DNA of 64,000 nucleotides. Origin: Acidimicrobiales bacterium. Lineage in GTDB: Bacteria > Actinomycetota > Acidimicrobiia > Acidimicrobiales > JACDEA01. The position numbers and the translations under genes were made by a program. The notes below the pieces were generated by a model. The model worked only from the letters and a program-made list of their open reading frames with translations. It had not been told where the DNA came from and ran no database searches. Location of the stretch: assembly GCA_035649535.1 (NCBI GenBank), contig DASRJI010000101.1, positions 1,994 to 65,993 of the forward strand, given 5' to 3'. Positions within the stretch are counted from its first letter, which is position 1, and every line of letters begins with the position of its first letter. This document shows positions 55,559 to 63,319 of the stretch, piece after piece.

Positions 55559-56415
55559 GCGACATGAACGGCAAGACGGTGATCGTCACCGGCGGCAACT
55601 CGGGCATCGGCTTGGAGACGGCGGTGGCGCTGGCCCGCGCCGGCGCCGATGTGGTGATCACCGCGCGCGACGCCGAGCGCGGCAAGCAGGCGGTGGCCGA
55701 CATCAAACAGCGCAGCGGGAGCGACGCGGTCGACCTCGTCTTGTTCGACCTGGGCAGCCTCGAGTCGACCCGAGCGGGTGCGGCCGAGCTGCTCGACCGC
55801 TGCCCGCGCATCGACGTGCTCGTCAACAACGCCGGCGTCGTCCTCACCGACCGGCGCGAGACGGTCGACGGCTTCGAGAGCACGTTCGCGATCAATCACC
55901 TCGGGCCGTTCCTGCTTACGTCGCGCCTGCTCGACCGGATCAAGGCCAGCGCGCCGTCGCGGATCGTCAACGTGGCGTCGACCGCGCACCGCGGCGCCCG
56001 CAAGGGCCTCGACTACGACGACCTCCAGAACAGCAAGAACTACAAGGGCATGCGCGTCTACAGCCAGTCGAAGCTGGCGAACATCTTGTTCACGAATGAG
56101 CTGGCCCGGCGCCTCGAAGGGACCGGCGTGACCGTCAACTCGTTGCACCCCGGCACCGTGCGCACCGGCTACGGGCGCGACGGCGACAGCACCGGCATGC
56201 TGCGCATCGGGATCGCGATCGGTTCGCGGTTCTTTCTCAGCCCCGAGAAGGGCGCGGCTACATCCGTGTACCTGGCCTCGTCGCCCGACGTGGCCGGCGT
56301 GACGGGAGAGTACTTCGTGAAGCAGAAGGTCAAACGACCGACGGCGGCGGCGCGCGACGCCGATGCGGCGCGCCGGCTGTGGGAGGCGAGCGAGGAACTG
56401 GTCGGCCAGCGATGA
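55555..56415 (+). CDS. short-chain dehydrogenase/reductase (retinol-dehydrogenase-like)
   Basis: ATGA overlap with the amidase stop. It has TGGNSGIG, NNAG and YSQSKLAN motifs. Confidence 0.85.
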   Translation: MSDMNGKTVIVTGGNSGIGLETAVALARAGADVVITARDAERGKQAVADIKQRSGSDAVDLVLFDLGSLESTRAGAAELLDRCPRIDVLVNNAGVVLTDRRETVDGFESTFAINHLGPFLLTSRLLDRIKASAPSRIVNVASTAHRGARKGLDYDDLQNSKNYKGMRVYSQSKLANILFTNELARRLEGTGVTVNSLHPGTVRTGYGRDGDSTGMLRIGIAIGSRFFLSPEKGAATSVYLASSPDVAGVTGEYFVKQKVKRPTAAARDADAARRLWEASEELVGQR

Positions 56416-56966
56416 AGGTCCGTCGGGTCGTCACCGGTCAGGACGCGACCGGCAAGTCGGTGTTCGTGTCCGACGGCGAAGTCGAGCCGGTGACGTTGTC
56501 GCAGATCACCGGGCCCGAGTTCCACCGAATCTGGGGGAGTGACGAAACGCCGCAGCTCCCGACCGACGGCACCCCGCCCGGCCAACCGACGTACTTCCCG
56601 CCCGCACCCGGGTACCGCGTCGGCTTCTTCACGCTGCCTCCCGTCGCGCCGGAGGCGCGCAATGTGACAGACGCGCCGGTCCCGGACAACATCGACGTCG
56701 TCGCCTTGTTCGCCGAGATGGGCGAGAAGCTGCCGGGCATGGCCGAAGTGATGGAGCCCGAGCATCCCGGCATGCACACCACCGACACTGTCGACCTCGA
56801 CCTCGTTATCTCGGGCGAGGTGTTCCTCGAACTCGATGACGGCGCCGAGGTTCGCCTCGGCCCCGGCGACTGCGTGGTGCAGAACGGCACGCGCCACGCC
56901 TGGCACAACCGATCGAACGAGCCGGCCGTCCTCTTCGTCGCCCTCCTCGGCGCAGTTCGGTCGTGA
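56412..56966 (+). CDS. cupin domain protein
   Basis: ATGA overlap with the SDR stop. It has a C-terminal cupin motif GDCVVQNGTRHAWHN. Confidence 0.65.
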   Translation: MKVRRVVTGQDATGKSVFVSDGEVEPVTLSQITGPEFHRIWGSDETPQLPTDGTPPGQPTYFPPAPGYRVGFFTLPPVAPEARNVTDAPVPDNIDVVALFAEMGEKLPGMAEVMEPEHPGMHTTDTVDLDLVISGEVFLELDDGAEVRLGPGDCVVQNGTRHAWHNRSNEPAVLFVALLGAVRS

Positions 56967-58624
56967 CTGCCTACTCCTCGGGCCCGGCGGCCGAGCCGCT
57001 GTTGGGCGACACGGTGGGCGCCGCGTTGCGCACTGCGGCGGCGCGTTTCGGTGATCGCGAGGCGCTCGTCAGCCGCCACCAGGACATCCGGCTGTCGTGG
57101 CGCGAGCTGTCCGACGCGGCCGACGACGTGGCGCGCGGCCTTTTCGCCCTCGGGATCGGGCGCGGCGACCGCGTCGGTATCTGGTCGCCGACCTGCGCCG
57201 AATGGACGCTGCTGCAATTCGGGTCGGCGCGCGCCGGCGCGATTCTCGTCAACGTCAACCCCGCCTACCGGCCGGCCGAGTTGCAGTACGCGTTGACCCA
57301 CTCCGGCGTCCGCCTGCTCGTGTGCGCGCGCCAGTTCAAGACGTCGGCGTACCTCGAGATGATCAACGAGGTCCGTTCCGAGCTTCCGGCACTCGAGCGG
57401 GTTGTCGCGTTGGGCGACGAGTCGGCCGGTGGGCCCGATGACCTCGTGTGGGATGAGTTGGTGGCGCTCGGCGCCCGCGTGACAGCCGAGCAGCTCGCCG
57501 ATCGCGAGGCGCAACTCGACGTCGACGACCCGATCAACATCCAGTACACGAGCGGCACCACGGGAAACCCCAAAGGCGCCACGCTCACGCACCACAACAT
57601 CGTCAACAACGCCCGGTCGATCGCGGCGGTGCTCGGCTATACCGACGACGACCGCGTGTGTATCCCGGTGCCGCTGTACCACTGCTTCGGCATGGGCATC
57701 GGCAACCTCGGCTGCGTCACGGCCGGGGCCACGATGGTGTACCCGGCCGAGGCGTTCACGGCCGATGCCACGCTGGCCGCCATCGCCGAGGACCGCTGCA
57801 CGAGCATCTACGGCGTCCCGACGATGTTCATCGCCATGCTCGAGGATCCGTCGTTCGCCGGTCTCGACCTGACGAGCCTGCGCACCGGGATCATGGCCGG
57901 GTCGCCCTGCCCGGTCGAGGTGATGAAGCGCGTCGTCGACGAGATGCACGCGGCCGAGATGACGATTGCCTACGGCATGACCGAGACATCTCCGGTGTCG
58001 ACCATGACCCGACGCGACGACGACCTCGAACGGCGGACCGCGACCGTCGGTACGGTTTTGCCCAACGTCGAGGTCAAGATCGTCGATCCGGCGACCGGCG
58101 CGACGGTCGGCGCCGGCGCGCCCGGCGAGCTGTGCTCTCGCGGGTACCTCGTCATGCGCGGGTACTGGAACGACGCGGCCGCGACCGCGGAGGCGGTCGA
58201 CGACGCCGGCTGGATGCACACCGGCGACCTCGCCGTCATGGACGAGCGCGGCTACATCAACATCGTCGGCCGGGCCAAGGACATGGTGATCCGTGGCGGC
58301 GAGAACCTGTACCCGCGGGAGATCGAGGAGGTCTTGTTCCAACACCCGGCGGTGGCGAGCGTGCAGGTTATCGGTGTCCCCGACGCGCGCATGGGCGAGG
58401 AATTGATGGCGTGGGTGTCGTTCCGCGACGGCGCCCGCGCATCCGACGACGAGCTCCGGACGTTCTGTCGTGAGCGACTCGCCCATTTCAAGGTGCCGCG
58501 CTACTGGAAGTTCGTCGACGAGTTCCCGATGACGGTCACCGGCAAGGTGCAGAAGTTCAAGATGCGCGAGGTGGCCATCGCCGAGTTGGGCCTCGAGGCG
58601 GCGGCGGCGATCGTTACCGCGTAG
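56963..58624 (+). CDS. AMP-dependent acyl-CoA synthetase/ligase
   Basis: GTGA overlap with the cupin stop. It has IQYTSGTTGNPKGA, YGMTETS, TGDLA and GKVQKFK motifs. Confidence 0.85.
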   Translation: MTAYSSGPAAEPLLGDTVGAALRTAAARFGDREALVSRHQDIRLSWRELSDAADDVARGLFALGIGRGDRVGIWSPTCAEWTLLQFGSARAGAILVNVNPAYRPAELQYALTHSGVRLLVCARQFKTSAYLEMINEVRSELPALERVVALGDESAGGPDDLVWDELVALGARVTAEQLADREAQLDVDDPINIQYTSGTTGNPKGATLTHHNIVNNARSIAAVLGYTDDDRVCIPVPLYHCFGMGIGNLGCVTAGATMVYPAEAFTADATLAAIAEDRCTSIYGVPTMFIAMLEDPSFAGLDLTSLRTGIMAGSPCPVEVMKRVVDEMHAAEMTIAYGMTETSPVSTMTRRDDDLERRTATVGTVLPNVEVKIVDPATGATVGAGAPGELCSRGYLVMRGYWNDAAATAEAVDDAGWMHTGDLAVMDERGYINIVGRAKDMVIRGGENLYPREIEEVLFQHPAVASVQVIGVPDARMGEELMAWVSFRDGARASDDELRTFCRERLAHFKVPRYWKFVDEFPMTVTGKVQKFKMREVAIAELGLEAAAAIVTA

Positions 58625-58633
58625 CGCGCCGCG

Positions 58634-58891
58634 CTACAGGTGGGCGGCGGCCGCCGACTGCACGGCGGCGATGATCGGCTCCCAGTCGGCATCGGCGACC
58701 CGGTTGACGGTGACGAAGTCGTTCACGCCGAAGATCGACGCCACGCCCGGCGCCGTGAAGATGGCGGCAGCAAACGGACTGGCGGCGGCTTCCTCCGCTG
58801 ACGCGTAGCTGATCGTGTCGGGCAGCGTCACGTCGAGTTCGAACTTGAGCGCGTTCGGGTTGGGGCTCGGCGTGGGATTAGCGGTCGCCAT
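58634..58891 (-). CDS. Nfu_N (NifU N-terminal-like scaffold) domain protein
   Basis: PNPNALKFELD ... FGVNDFVTVNR ... W pattern. ATGA overlap with the upstream gene. Confidence 0.6.
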   Translation of the reverse strand: MATANPTPSPNPNALKFELDVTLPDTISYASAEEAAASPFAAAIFTAPGVASIFGVNDFVTVNRVADADWEPIIAAVQSAAAAHL

Positions 58892-59436
58892 CAGCGCAAC
58901 GTAGCTGCGAGTTCCTGGGCGGCGGGACTCATCTTCGCGATGGTCTTGGCGACAACGTCGTTCATCTTGTCGTCCTCGAGCTTGACGGCCAGTTCGTCGT
59001 ACTGCGTCTCGATGAAGACGAGACACAGCGCGTCCTCGAACGCCTGCACTTCCGCGTCGTCGGTCTTGCCTAATCCGCGCTTGTGGATGAGATCGGCCAC
59101 GCGGTTGATCGTGGCGTCGTCCCAATCGCGGGCACGCATGATGGCGGCGGCGCCATCGGCGTGGACGGCATGCAGGTCGCGCCGCCAGCGCAGGTAGCCG
59201 GCGCGCCCCTCGGGGTACGAGGTGCGCGGCACCGTCCACCGCTGAAGGTGGTGGGCGCGAATGGCGACGAGCAACTCGTCGCTCGGATTGCTGAGGAGCC
59301 GGCCGATCCACTCGGTGGCCAACTCGGCCTCACCCAAGGCCTTCGGGCGCGCGCTGCCGCGCACCTGAAGGCGGTTGGGGTCGGCCGCGTTGGCCGCGTC
59401 GATGTCAGCGAGGGTGGCGGCGAGCCGTTCGTCCAC
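58891..59436 (-). CDS. DUF4202 domain protein
   Basis: AHHLQRWTVPRTSYPEGRAGYLRWRRDLH ... FEDALCLVF pattern. Confidence 0.65.
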   Translation of the reverse strand: MDERLAATLADIDAANAADPNRLQVRGSARPKALGEAELATEWIGRLLSNPSDELLVAIRAHHLQRWTVPRTSYPEGRAGYLRWRRDLHAVHADGAAAIMRARDWDDATINRVADLIHKRGLGKTDDAEVQAFEDALCLVFIETQYDELAVKLEDDKMNDVVAKTIAKMSPAAQELAATLR

Positions 59437-59448
59437 GCCGACCAGTCT

Positions 59449-59904
59449 CTAACCCCGCAGGGCGCGCCGCGCACAGACCGGCCAGTTGCGCCAACCGGAG
59501 CGGGCCTGGAGGCGCTGCGCCGCCGCCAGCTGGTCGGCGTAGGAGTAGTCGATCGGGTTACCCGTCATGCCGATGCCGTGCCAGGTCCGCAGGGTGAACT
59601 GGAAGGCGCCGTAGAAGCGGCCGTGGCCGCCGATCGCCCGAGGGTTGCCCCCCGATTCACAGCGGGCCAGGCGGCCCCAGACGTCGCCCGTGATCGGCAC
59701 GTTGGCCGAGGCGAGCTGGACGCGGGTCGCGCCGCGGCTGGCTCGGGCGAGGACGACTTCCGCCTCCGGCGCCGGTTCTGGCGCCGGAGTCGCGGCGGCG
59801 ACTCCGAGAGCGACGATGTGGGGCGGCGGGCCATCAGGCACCCGTGCTCCACACGCCGTTAGGGCGAGCGCCAGTACGCCGACGCCCGCGATGAGGCGGT
59901 GCAT
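59449..59904 (-). CDS. rpf: resuscitation-promoting factor (Rpf) family transglycosylase lipoprotein
   Basis: It has an LALTACG lipobox. Rpf core: WGRLARCESGGNPRA...GFYGAFQF...TW. Confidence 0.8.
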   Translation of the reverse strand: MHRLIAGVGVLALALTACGARVPDGPPPHIVALGVAAATPAPEPAPEAEVVLARASRGATRVQLASANVPITGDVWGRLARCESGGNPRAIGGHGRFYGAFQFTLRTWHGIGMTGNPIDYSYADQLAAAQRLQARSGWRNWPVCARRALRG

Positions 59905-60081
59905 TGCTTGTCCCTTTCCGGCCCCGGGCTTCCCAGCCAGCGTCCGTGACGCCCACGAGGCCTCGCCGGAAACGTGCGCCGAGGGCTTCTTCCTCTACGC
60001 TTGCTCCAGCTAGCGAGTGTTAAACTCTAGCACGCATAGGATAGCAAGTCGAGGATTGGAGGGGGGCGATACCTTGGCGCC

Positions 60082-61626
60082 ATGCGCGTACCCCTCACCG
60101 TGGCGGACTTCATCGAGCGGGCCGAGTTGGTGTTCCCCGAGCGCACCGGGGCGATCGACGAGCCCAGCCCGCCGGGTGGCTCGCTAGGCACGATCACGTA
60201 CGGGCAAATCGCCCGAAAGGCGCGGGGAATGGCCGGTGCCCTCGACCGCATGGGGGTCGGGCTCGGCGAGCGGGTGGCCATCGTCAGCCCCAATGCGGCC
60301 CGGTTCCTCGTCACCTTCTACGGGACCAGCGCGTATGGCCGCATCGTCGTGCCGATCAACTTCCGCCTCAACAGCGAGGAGATCGCCTACATCGTCGAGC
60401 ACTCCGGCGCGTCGGTCCTGCTGATCGACCCGGAGATCGAATCGCAGGTTGCTGGCGTGACCGCCAAGCACCGGATTCTGCTCGACGGCGTGGAGGACGC
60501 CGAGCTGTTCGCCGAGGGCGACGACCCGGGTGAGTTGTGGACGCCCGACGAGGACGCGACCGCGTCGATCAACTACACGTCGGGGACGACGGCCCGGCCC
60601 AAGGGCGTGCAGATCACGCACCGCAACGCGTGGATCAACACGATGACGTTCGGCTTCCACGCCGGCATCAACGATCGCGACGTGTACCTCCACACGCTGC
60701 CGATGTTCCACTGCAACGGCTGGGGGATGCCGTACGCATTGACCGGCATGGGCGTGCCGCAGGTCGTGCTACGCAAGGTCGACGGCGAGGACATCCTGTC
60801 TCGCGTCGAGCAGCACGGCGTGACGTTGCTCAACGGTGCGCCGGCGGTCGTCGCCGCCATCCTCGACGCGGCGAGCGCCCGTCGGGACAAGGGCGAGCCG
60901 ACGCCGGGCGCCGGCACCGTGCGAATGATCGTGGCCGGCGCACCGCCGCCCACGCGCGTCATCGAACGGATGGAGACCGAACTCGGTTGGGAGTTCATCC
61001 AGATCTACGGCCTCACCGAGACGTCGCCGATCCTCACGATGAACCGGGCGCCGAAGGAGTGGGACGGCCTCGAGTCCGGCGAGCGGGCGCAGCGGCTCAA
61101 TCGCGCCGGCGTACCGGTGATCGGCGTGCGGATGCGCGTTGACAGCGAGGGCGAGGTGCTGGCGCGGGCCAACGAGGTGTTCGAGGGCTATTGGGAACAG
61201 CCCGAGGAAACGAGCAAGGCGATCGTCGATGGGTGGTTCCACACCGGCGATGGTGGTCACCTCGACGGCCCGTACATCGTGATCGCCGACCGCAAGAAGG
61301 ACGTGATCATCAGCGGCGGCGAGAACGTCAGCTCGATCGAGGTCGAGGACTGCCTGTTCCAGCATCCGGCCGTCGCCGAGGCGTGCGTCATCGGCGTGCC
61401 CGACGAGAAGTGGGGCGAGACGGTCAAGGCGTTGGTGGTTTTGCGCGATGGGCAGACCGCGTCGGAAGCCGATCTCATCGAGCACTGCCGCAGCAAGATC
61501 GCCCACTTCAAGTGCCCGACGTCGGTCGAGATCCGTGATGCATTGGCGCGTACCGCCACCGGCAAGCTCCAGAAGTTCAAGTTGCGCCAGCCCTACTGGG
61601 AAGGCCGCGAAAAGCGCGTCAACTGA
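60082..61626 (+). CDS. AMP-dependent acyl-CoA synthetase/ligase
   Basis: INYTSGTTARPKGV, YGLTETSP, TGDGG and GKLQKFKLR motifs. Confidence 0.85.
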   Translation: MRVPLTVADFIERAELVFPERTGAIDEPSPPGGSLGTITYGQIARKARGMAGALDRMGVGLGERVAIVSPNAARFLVTFYGTSAYGRIVVPINFRLNSEEIAYIVEHSGASVLLIDPEIESQVAGVTAKHRILLDGVEDAELFAEGDDPGELWTPDEDATASINYTSGTTARPKGVQITHRNAWINTMTFGFHAGINDRDVYLHTLPMFHCNGWGMPYALTGMGVPQVVLRKVDGEDILSRVEQHGVTLLNGAPAVVAAILDAASARRDKGEPTPGAGTVRMIVAGAPPPTRVIERMETELGWEFIQIYGLTETSPILTMNRAPKEWDGLESGERAQRLNRAGVPVIGVRMRVDSEGEVLARANEVFEGYWEQPEETSKAIVDGWFHTGDGGHLDGPYIVIADRKKDVIISGGENVSSIEVEDCLFQHPAVAEACVIGVPDEKWGETVKALVVLRDGQTASEADLIEHCRSKIAHFKCPTSVEIRDALARTATGKLQKFKLRQPYWEGREKRVN

Positions 61627-61724
61627 ACGCGTTCGCGTCATACGCAATTCACGTCGGGGTCAGTCTGTTAAGAGTGTGAGTCGGCGGCCGTTTTGGCGAT
61701 TTTCGGTTCCTACACTGCGCCGCC

Positions 61725-62243
61725 ATGCATCTGCGAAGGAGTGTTGCGATCACGCTGATCCCGATCGTCGGCGTGCTGCTCTTCGGGTCGAGCGCGCTCG
61801 GTGCGAGCGGCGGCGATGGCGGCACCGGGGGACCGGGTGCCGTGTCGGGTAAGAGTGGCGCCGGCGGCGCTGGTGGCAAGGCCGACGGCAACGGCGTGGC
61901 GTCCGACGTGACGGCCGGGCGGGGCGGCGACTCCGGGAACTCGGGCGGCGGTGGCAACGGCGGCCGCGGTGGCACCGGGGGTAACGGCGGCAACGCCAAG
62001 TCGGTGAACGCGGGCATCGCCTCAATCGGCCGTAACGGCGGTGGGGCGGGCCCCGGTGGTTTCGGCGGCGGATCGGGCGGCACCGGTGACGGTGGGGCCG
62101 GCGGCAGCGCGTTGGGTGCCGGCGACGACGGCGACGTCGCGTCGGGACGCGGTGGCGACACGGGCGACACCGGTCGCGGCGGCAACGGCGGTCCCGGCGG
62201 TAACGGTGGCCACGGAGGGACGGCGTGGAAGCGCAACTCCTAA
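61725..62243 (+). CDS. secreted glycine-rich repeat protein (PGRS-like GGxGG repeats)
   Basis: It has a signal peptide (MHLRRSVAITLIPIVGVLLFGSSALGA) followed by about 140 aa of GGxGGxG/N/D repeats. Third-position GC bias fits the plus frame. Confidence 0.6.
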   Translation: MHLRRSVAITLIPIVGVLLFGSSALGASGGDGGTGGPGAVSGKSGAGGAGGKADGNGVASDVTAGRGGDSGNSGGGGNGGRGGTGGNGGNAKSVNAGIASIGRNGGGAGPGGFGGGSGGTGDGGAGGSALGAGDDGDVASGRGGDTGDTGRGGNGGPGGNGGHGGTAWKRNS

Positions 62244-62254
62244 CCGCGGTTACA

Positions 62255-63319
62255 TCAGCGGGGGTGGCGAAGGGTGGCGGCGAGGTGTTCGACGAGGTCG
62301 TCAAAACTCGTCCGCGCGTTGAGCCCGCTGGTTGACGGCATCACGTAGGCCGGACGGCCACCGAACGGTTCTGGTTGCCATCCCGTCGTGGCGCCGCGAT
62401 TGATCGCGGCGCGGTAGCCGGCCAGGCCGACGAAGCACACCGCGCGCGGTTGCAGCCATTCGACGAGGCGCCGCACGCGTTCGGCGCCGGCGCGGTACTC
62501 GTCCTTCGAGAGTTCGCTGGCCGCGGTCGTCGCTCGCTTCACGAGATCGGTGATGCCGATCCCGCTATCGACCAGCGCGCACGCGGGCTTCAACGGGCGG
62601 GTGAGAAGGCCGGCGGCCACCGCCGCGGGCCAGAAACGGTTGCCCGGTCGCGCGTAGCCCACGCCGCGGTCGGCCGAATAGATGCTCGGGTTCAGACCGC
62701 AGACGAGGAGGCGCATATCGGCGCCGACAGTGTCGGCGAGGGTGCGGGCCCTCGTGGCGACGACATGCGTCTGATCACCGTCGACGACGTCGACCGTGCC
62801 GACGTCGAACCCGGCGCCGGTGACGATGTCGGCCAGGCGCTCCCCGGTCCAGCACGCGAAGTAGCGGCCCGGGAAATCGTCGCCCGGCATGTCGGTGCCC
62901 ACGTAGTCGCCTTCGGCCATCGTGATGTCGAGGGTGGCGCCGACCTCGAGGGCGCGGTGCAGGTCGGCGAGTGCCATTGGCACCTGCTCGCGGTCGATGT
63001 GGTGGTACGTCATCGCCGCCCAGGCGCCAGCGACTGAGCCGGCTCGGAGGGGAAGCGCCGTGACGTCGGCTTGAAACAGCGACGCGTCCGGCGCGATCTC
63101 GCGCGTCAGTCGCAGCATCTCGATCGACGCGTCCATGGCCGCGGTCGGCGTACCGAGGGCGGCCGAGTAACGCCCGGGTCCGCTGCCGACATCGATGCGG
63201 ACGCCGCCGCGGCGGACGGTCGCGTCGAACGCGATCGCCCCGTCGTTGCGTACCGGGCGTTTCTTGCTCGCCCAGCGCGATGCGTTCTTGTCGTAGAACG
63301 CGATCGTGTCGCGGTTCAC
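62255..63319 (-). CDS. fusion of a class I SAM-dependent methyltransferase and a Mug/TDG-family mismatch uracil-DNA glycosylase
   Basis: The N-terminal half has the DVGSGPG motif I. The C-terminal half has LLVCGLNPSIYSADRGVGYARPGNRFW and MPSTSGLN, which align with E. coli Mug GINPGLSS...AHPANRFW and PNPSGLS. The GTG at 63319 overlaps the upstream stop. Confidence 0.75.
   Translation of the reverse strand: MNRDTIAFYDKNASRWASKKRPVRNDGAIAFDATVRRGGVRIDVGSGPGRYSAALGTPTAAMDASIEMLRLTREIAPDASLFQADVTALPLRAGSVAGAWAAMTYHHIDREQVPMALADLHRALEVGATLDITMAEGDYVGTDMPGDDFPGRYFACWTGERLADIVTGAGFDVGTVDVVDGDQTHVVATRARTLADTVGADMRLLVCGLNPSIYSADRGVGYARPGNRFWPAAVAAGLLTRPLKPACALVDSGIGITDLVKRATTAASELSKDEYRAGAERVRRLVEWLQPRAVCFVGLAGYRAAINRGATTGWQPEPFGGRPAYVMPSTSGLNARTSFDDLVEHLAATLRHPR

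Noticed and set aside
59905-60020. Possible ydaO-type c-di-AMP riboswitch in the rpf leader. Such riboswitches are known upstream of rpf genes in some Actinomycetota.
   Set aside because: I read the minus-strand leader by eye and could not find the conserved ydaO blocks (for example ACCUCGUAAGCG, GGGGUGAAUC). A covariance-model scan would decide it. A bit score above the Rfam RF00379 threshold would overturn this rejection.
61649-62236. 195-aa proline-rich minus-strand ORF mirroring the glycine-rich gene.
   Set aside because: It is the complement of GGN-rich codons. It has no signal peptide or ribosome-binding site, and the plus-strand frame has the better third-position bias. Strand-specific expression data would settle it.
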